This document shows positions 59,600 to 64,000 of a stretch of DNA of 64,000 nt, piece after piece. The stretch covers positions 1 to 64,000 of the forward strand of contig LVLI01000939.1 in the NCBI GenBank assembly GCA_001687465.1. Reading direction: 5' to 3'. A model generated the notes under the pieces. It was not told the DNA's origin, did not search any database, and saw only the letters and a program-made list of their open reading frames with translations. The first letter of the stretch is position 1. The number at the start of each line of letters is the position of its first letter. Source of the stretch: Halocafeteria seosinensis. Taxonomy: Eukaryota. A program made the position numbers and the translations under genes.

Positions 59600-61398
59600 A
59601 TGAGTGGGAGCGTGTCCCACGCCCGTGGCTCCTCTTCTCCGGCTGGTTCTTCCGCGGATACCTCCCAAAACGACGATAATTCAGGCCCTATACACCGTAG
59701 TGTACCATCTGGGGTGATACTCTCTTGCTCTACGGCGATATCCACGTGTGACCAGATAGACAACGAGCAGCATGAGCACCCGAAACAGTCAATAGGAGCA
59801 TCGTCGTCGGCGTCCACTCGAGCCCCTCCAGCGCCTTCATCCTCTTTAAACAGAGCTTCGACGGCATATAGGCCCTCCCAGCAACATCGGCACCCTTCCG
59901 CAGTTGACCAAGAAATCGAAGAAATCAACACAGGGCTCCGACGGGTCTTGCAAGAATCCCAAAAAAGACGGCAGCAACAGAGATCCGCCGCCGCCGCAGC
60001 AGCAGCCGGAAATCCACCCTCTATACCTTCTGAAAGGAAGCAGCGGGCCGCAACTTTAACATCGACTCCTTCTCATAGTTTAACACAAAGCAACGCAGCA
60101 GCAGACGGCAGCTCTCGAAGGAGAACCGAGCAAGGGACTCGCCACGTAAGAGCGTCCACGGAACACGGCAAAATGGCCACAGCTTCTTCCTATGAGAATG
60201 TGAGCCCTCGAACAGGGTCATCCTCTGATTCAGGCTCGGATTCCGGTAGCTCAGGAACAGAGAGAAGAGATACAGAATCGGCTGTGGGGAATGCTGGTAA
60301 GTTGATACAGAAGCATGACACACGAGATGGCGCTCGTTTTACCTGGCAATGTGGCACACAGATGCTGGATACTACATTCGCCAACTGCAATACGAAGACC
60401 TGCAAGCGGTCAAAGCTTTGCAGGATAAAACTCTAGAAGTCAAGTATGACGATAACTTCTACTCGTCACTCGCGAGGAACATAAATTCGTCGAAACAGAT
60501 CGCTTTGGTATGTTGCCGCTGTCCGCCGAGGTCTCAAGGGCATGGTAGCGCACCTCCCCTTGACAGCGGAGAAAGAGAAATGTCCCGAGAAACAAAGGCT
60601 ACTTCCGGAGAAAGTAAGAGCGGGAACGAAGAAAAGGACGTTGTGGTAGGGGCGATTACGTGTCGTATAAGTCGTTTGAACAAGTATTTTTTGGGTGTTT
60701 GTAAGTATGCGGTGGTGAGGGAAGCGTATATCATGACGCTGGCAGTTGATCCAGCACACCGACGTTGTGGAATAGCTTCAACCTTGCTCGAAGTAAGTAA
60801 TTTCAAGATGCCTCCGCGTTCTCAGTACTCCACCAGTACTCGCGTTTATCCATTTTTCTCATGACAGCTTTGCGTAGAGGGAATTCGGCAGAATCCCAGG
60901 TGTGAAGCAATTACTCTCCATACTTTACGAGCTAATATGGCTGCGAAGAATTTGTACGAGCAATTCGGCTTTCACTGTAGTGAAGTTCTTCCTGCTCACT
61001 ACTGGTTCAATGAGCGAAACCATGACGGAGTGAAATATGAAATGCGACTGAGGAAACCCACTTCTTTGTCGAAAAAGATATTCTTAGAAAGAAGGTGGCT
61101 GAAGAGTCTGAATCATGGTATCAAACGGTCTGTGCAGACCGGCTACAGGTGGATTTCAGGGAACATTGTTCACCGTTCATGCAAGCGTGTAGTAATAAAT
61201 GTGGCTACAAATATTCAGGGGGCTTGGAGAGTATACTTTTCTCCAAGCAAGAATGACGAAGATGATGATGACGGTGACGTATCACCGCCAGAAGATAATG
61301 ACTCGTTTAGCAACCAGCTGGTTCAAAGAAGGATGATCAACTGTACCCAGAGTACAGGCGTTTTATCCAATGCCAACACGGGGGAATTCGCTGTATAG
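59600..61398 (+). CDS. NAA60: GNAT N-acetyltransferase, NAA60-like, 3 exons
   Basis: VKYDDNFY, YIMTLAVDPAHRRCGIASTLL, AITLH...N.AA..LYEQFGF....LPAHY. Introns near 60297-60361 and 60793-60867; long disordered N-terminus. Confidence 0.75.
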
Positions 61399-61488
61399 GT
61401 ACTGCAGCGACCGACCCCAAATGACTGTTCAACATGAAAACGATTAAAAAGCAACCATGTCATATTTCATTAGCACTACCCGGATAGT

Positions 61489-63834
61489 TTACAGTTCTTG
61501 TAGTCGCTTCTTTTCGGCGCCGTCGAGTTTAATATCATCTAGTTTGCGCAAGCTCTTCAGCTTATACTTCATTGTGGCGGCAAGCGATTCTAGCGTGGCA
61601 ATGTCTTCTTCTAGCCTCAGCTTGTCGCTCTCAGTCTGGGCTAACTTAGCTTTCACCGCACCCCACTGATACTCCGCTTCATCCTTCTCGTCATTTCTGG
61701 TTTGCAAAAGATCCTTCTGGTTACGAATGTTCTCGTAGAGTAGTTCCGTTTGTTCCCGCAACCTCACTGCTTCAACTTCAGAAGATTTCGCCTTCTCCTC
61801 AGCAACTTCCGCTTGATGCTTCAAGTCGTTATGTTTCCCCTGTTCTTCTGCCAGCTGCTTTTCCACTCTGGCTTTTTCTTCTTCAACAGCAGCAAGCTTT
61901 TCTGAGCTGTCTAGTCTGTTTTTTAAGTTTTCAATTACGTCGTCACTTAGATTCCTCACCTGCGAAGCCAAATCCTCGCGTTCATCCTTGGCCTGCTGTA
62001 GTTGCTGGACAATTTTGTCTTCTGCTGTTTTGTGGCTTTCAAGTAATCTGTCGAATTTATTTGACCACCGTTCAACTTCGTTTGATTTGTTGTCTATTAT
62101 ACCCTGAAGATGTTCTTCTTTTTCCGCAGCTCTTTGATTGGCATCATGTAAACTCTTTTCAAACGTCTCTCGTTCATGGTTAAGACGCTCTTCAATTGAC
62201 TTTACCTTGCCTTCAGAAGCTGTCAATTGACTGTGTACCGATTCTAGCTTTCTTTGGGAAGCACGAAAGGCAGCGTCAGAGAGATCGGATGCACGCTGGG
62301 ACCATTGTTGAAGCCATTCCGCAGGGAGCCGGGAAATGACCGCAGACGTAAGGACATGTTCCTTAGCAGGTCCGTGAGCTCGTTCCAGATACTCGTGGTG
62401 AAGATCCTTGATGGCATGCTGGTACACGCTTGATACGCTAGGGAACGGCAGCAGCTCTGAGTCGCTACCCTGGGACGAGCTCTCTTTAATCTTTGCTTCT
62501 GCGGTATCTTTATACTGAGGAATAAGTTCCTGCAACAGCGACTCGCAGTGGCGTTTACTCGCTTCAAAGTTTTCATCAACGAACTTGATGAATTCTTCTT
62601 CCAGCCTCTGCGAAAGCTGAGCTTCAAATGTAGCAACGCGTTCCGTGTCTTTTACACTGTTTCTGTGAAAGACGCTCCGCGATGTTGCAGACACTTCAGC
62701 GTGCACTTTGCGCAGTTCCTTGCCCTCGAAGATACGATACTCACCGGTGTCTCTTCTTGTCCTTTCGTTCATTTCGTCGCGGTACTTGCGTAGAGCCGCT
62801 TCCACGGCCTCAGAGCACTGAGTCTGAATGACACGATCCCAGGCCGTGCTAATTGTTGGAGTCTTATTATCATTCAAAGCAGCGACATATTGCTGCGCAA
62901 GATTTGCCAACATTGCGCCGTTCAAAGGTTGTCCGTACATCGTCTTGGGCCGTACGGTGTTGAACACGCGCTTCTTCAAAGCCTCCAGTTGTTTCCGAAA
63001 CTCTGGGCGCAATTCTTCATCTGGCTGATCTGCAAGACGCGCTAGTTGTTTTTCATCATTCACTGGCCGAACCATTGTGATGCAGTCCCGTTCTGGAAAG
63101 AAATTCCTTAGTAAGAGACGGACGGCATTCTTCTGTTCAGCGGATTCAGAAGACGAGTCTTCCGGACGAAGAGCCTCTTCCAAGTATTCTCGGGCACTAA
63201 TTTTCTTCCCATTTCTTTCAAGTTTCACAGAGAAATCCCGTACAACCCAAAGAAAATGAGGGAAAAACTGCGAGAACTCTGTGCCAGTATCTTCATCCGT
63301 CTGACGTGCTTTGACGTGGATATACTTCGTCAGGTTCACCACAAGCGACAGTCGTTGAATTGCGTTGCCATCGATGGTCCCAAAACTGTTATAGATGAAA
63401 TAGCTGCTCAAGAGCAGGGCTAGTGCAAATATACGGCAGTCATACGTCTCTGAACGATTCGTGGATCCTAATCCCTCGGTGTCCAAGAACAAGATATGCT
63501 CATCACTGTCGTCTGTTTCAAGTGCTTTCCCCCAGATCCAGATACCCTTGGTGCATGCTTTCACCGTGGGTCCAACCTGGAACCCTTTGGGTGCATCCAT
63601 CATCTTATTGAGCAAATAACTCTTGCCTGTACGATAAATACCTGCAATGGACACCACGGCAATCTTGCCTTGGAGGCTGTTCAAGTAGTCCACGGCATCT
63701 TGGTGGACTACAAAGCGATTCGTCTCCTCATCGATAGTGATAAACGAGAGAGGGGTATCCCATTGTCCGTCTTGAGTCTGAGGAGCATGATCGCCTCCTT
63801 GTACATCCCCATTGGGGGCTTCATTCGAGGCCAT
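61489..63834 (-). CDS. Guanylate-binding protein (GBP/atlastin-family large GTPase) with C-terminal coiled coil
   Basis: G1 GIYRTGKS, G2 CTKGIW, G3 LDTEG, G4 WVVRDF, helical domain and long coiled coil; no intron needed. Confidence 0.95.
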   Translation of the reverse strand: MASNEAPNGDVQGGDHAPQTQDGQWDTPLSFITIDEETNRFVVHQDAVDYLNSLQGKIAVVSIAGIYRTGKSYLLNKMMDAPKGFQVGPTVKACTKGIWIWGKALETDDSDEHILFLDTEGLGSTNRSETYDCRIFALALLLSSYFIYNSFGTIDGNAIQRLSLVVNLTKYIHVKARQTDEDTGTEFSQFFPHFLWVVRDFSVKLERNGKKISAREYLEEALRPEDSSSESAEQKNAVRLLLRNFFPERDCITMVRPVNDEKQLARLADQPDEELRPEFRKQLEALKKRVFNTVRPKTMYGQPLNGAMLANLAQQYVAALNDNKTPTISTAWDRVIQTQCSEAVEAALRKYRDEMNERTRRDTGEYRIFEGKELRKVHAEVSATSRSVFHRNSVKDTERVATFEAQLSQRLEEEFIKFVDENFEASKRHCESLLQELIPQYKDTAEAKIKESSSQGSDSELLPFPSVSSVYQHAIKDLHHEYLERAHGPAKEHVLTSAVISRLPAEWLQQWSQRASDLSDAAFRASQRKLESVHSQLTASEGKVKSIEERLNHERETFEKSLHDANQRAAEKEEHLQGIIDNKSNEVERWSNKFDRLLESHKTAEDKIVQQLQQAKDEREDLASQVRNLSDDVIENLKNRLDSSEKLAAVEEEKARVEKQLAEEQGKHNDLKHQAEVAEEKAKSSEVEAVRLREQTELLYENIRNQKDLLQTRNDEKDEAEYQWGAVKAKLAQTESDKLRLEEDIATLESLAATMKYKLKSLRKLDDIKLDGAEKKRLQEL

Positions 63835-64000
63835 AATCACGTCGAACCTGAGGTGACTTAGCCGTCTCTCTGTATGATGGTACACAATCAATCAGCAAGA
63901 GGAAGACAGTATGCGGATGCATACGTAGGTCACAATTTCCACCTCTTGTAAGTACAGAAATTATGATGGAACAAGCCTTAACACAACCCCTGGCGGCAGC

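Overview
Gene-dense eukaryotic nuclear DNA. Most spliceosomal introns are GT-AG and about 60-100 nt, and several intergenic gaps are only 28-60 bp. The genes suggest a flagellated protist (CFAP92-like and FAM227-like ciliary genes); stramenopile affinity is a guess from the ribosomal protein and G-alpha sequences. About 27 protein-coding genes can be supported, mostly housekeeping: ABCG transporter, ASC-1/TRIP4, SPRING/C12orf49, SMYD methyltransferase, beta-class GST, RAMP4, RPL19, SENP8, acyl-CoA oxidase, WDR26, eIF4E, SDHAF4, an Ntn-hydrolase, a class-III aminotransferase, G-alpha, U2AF65-like, NAA60-like and a GBP GTPase. Most notable: (1) the 448-nt first intron of RPL19 is densely base-paired, carries a duplicated loop motif (CCCCTAG..AACTACAAAAAG) and a stop-containing cassette-exon candidate, suggesting an undescribed structured RNA or autoregulatory switch; (2) an accessory-looking block at about 24.8-33.1 kb holds a Cys-rich zinc-finger/coiled-coil gene followed by three tandem 7-TM (TOM1/GPR137-like) paralogues with divergent tails; (3) several bacterial- or viral-looking domains (beta-GST, tandem VOC-like membrane protein, intronless LRR protein, possible SSB-like ORF). 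No rRNA, tRNA, CRISPR array or transposase was recognised. All exon boundaries and family calls were made by eye and are unverified by search.
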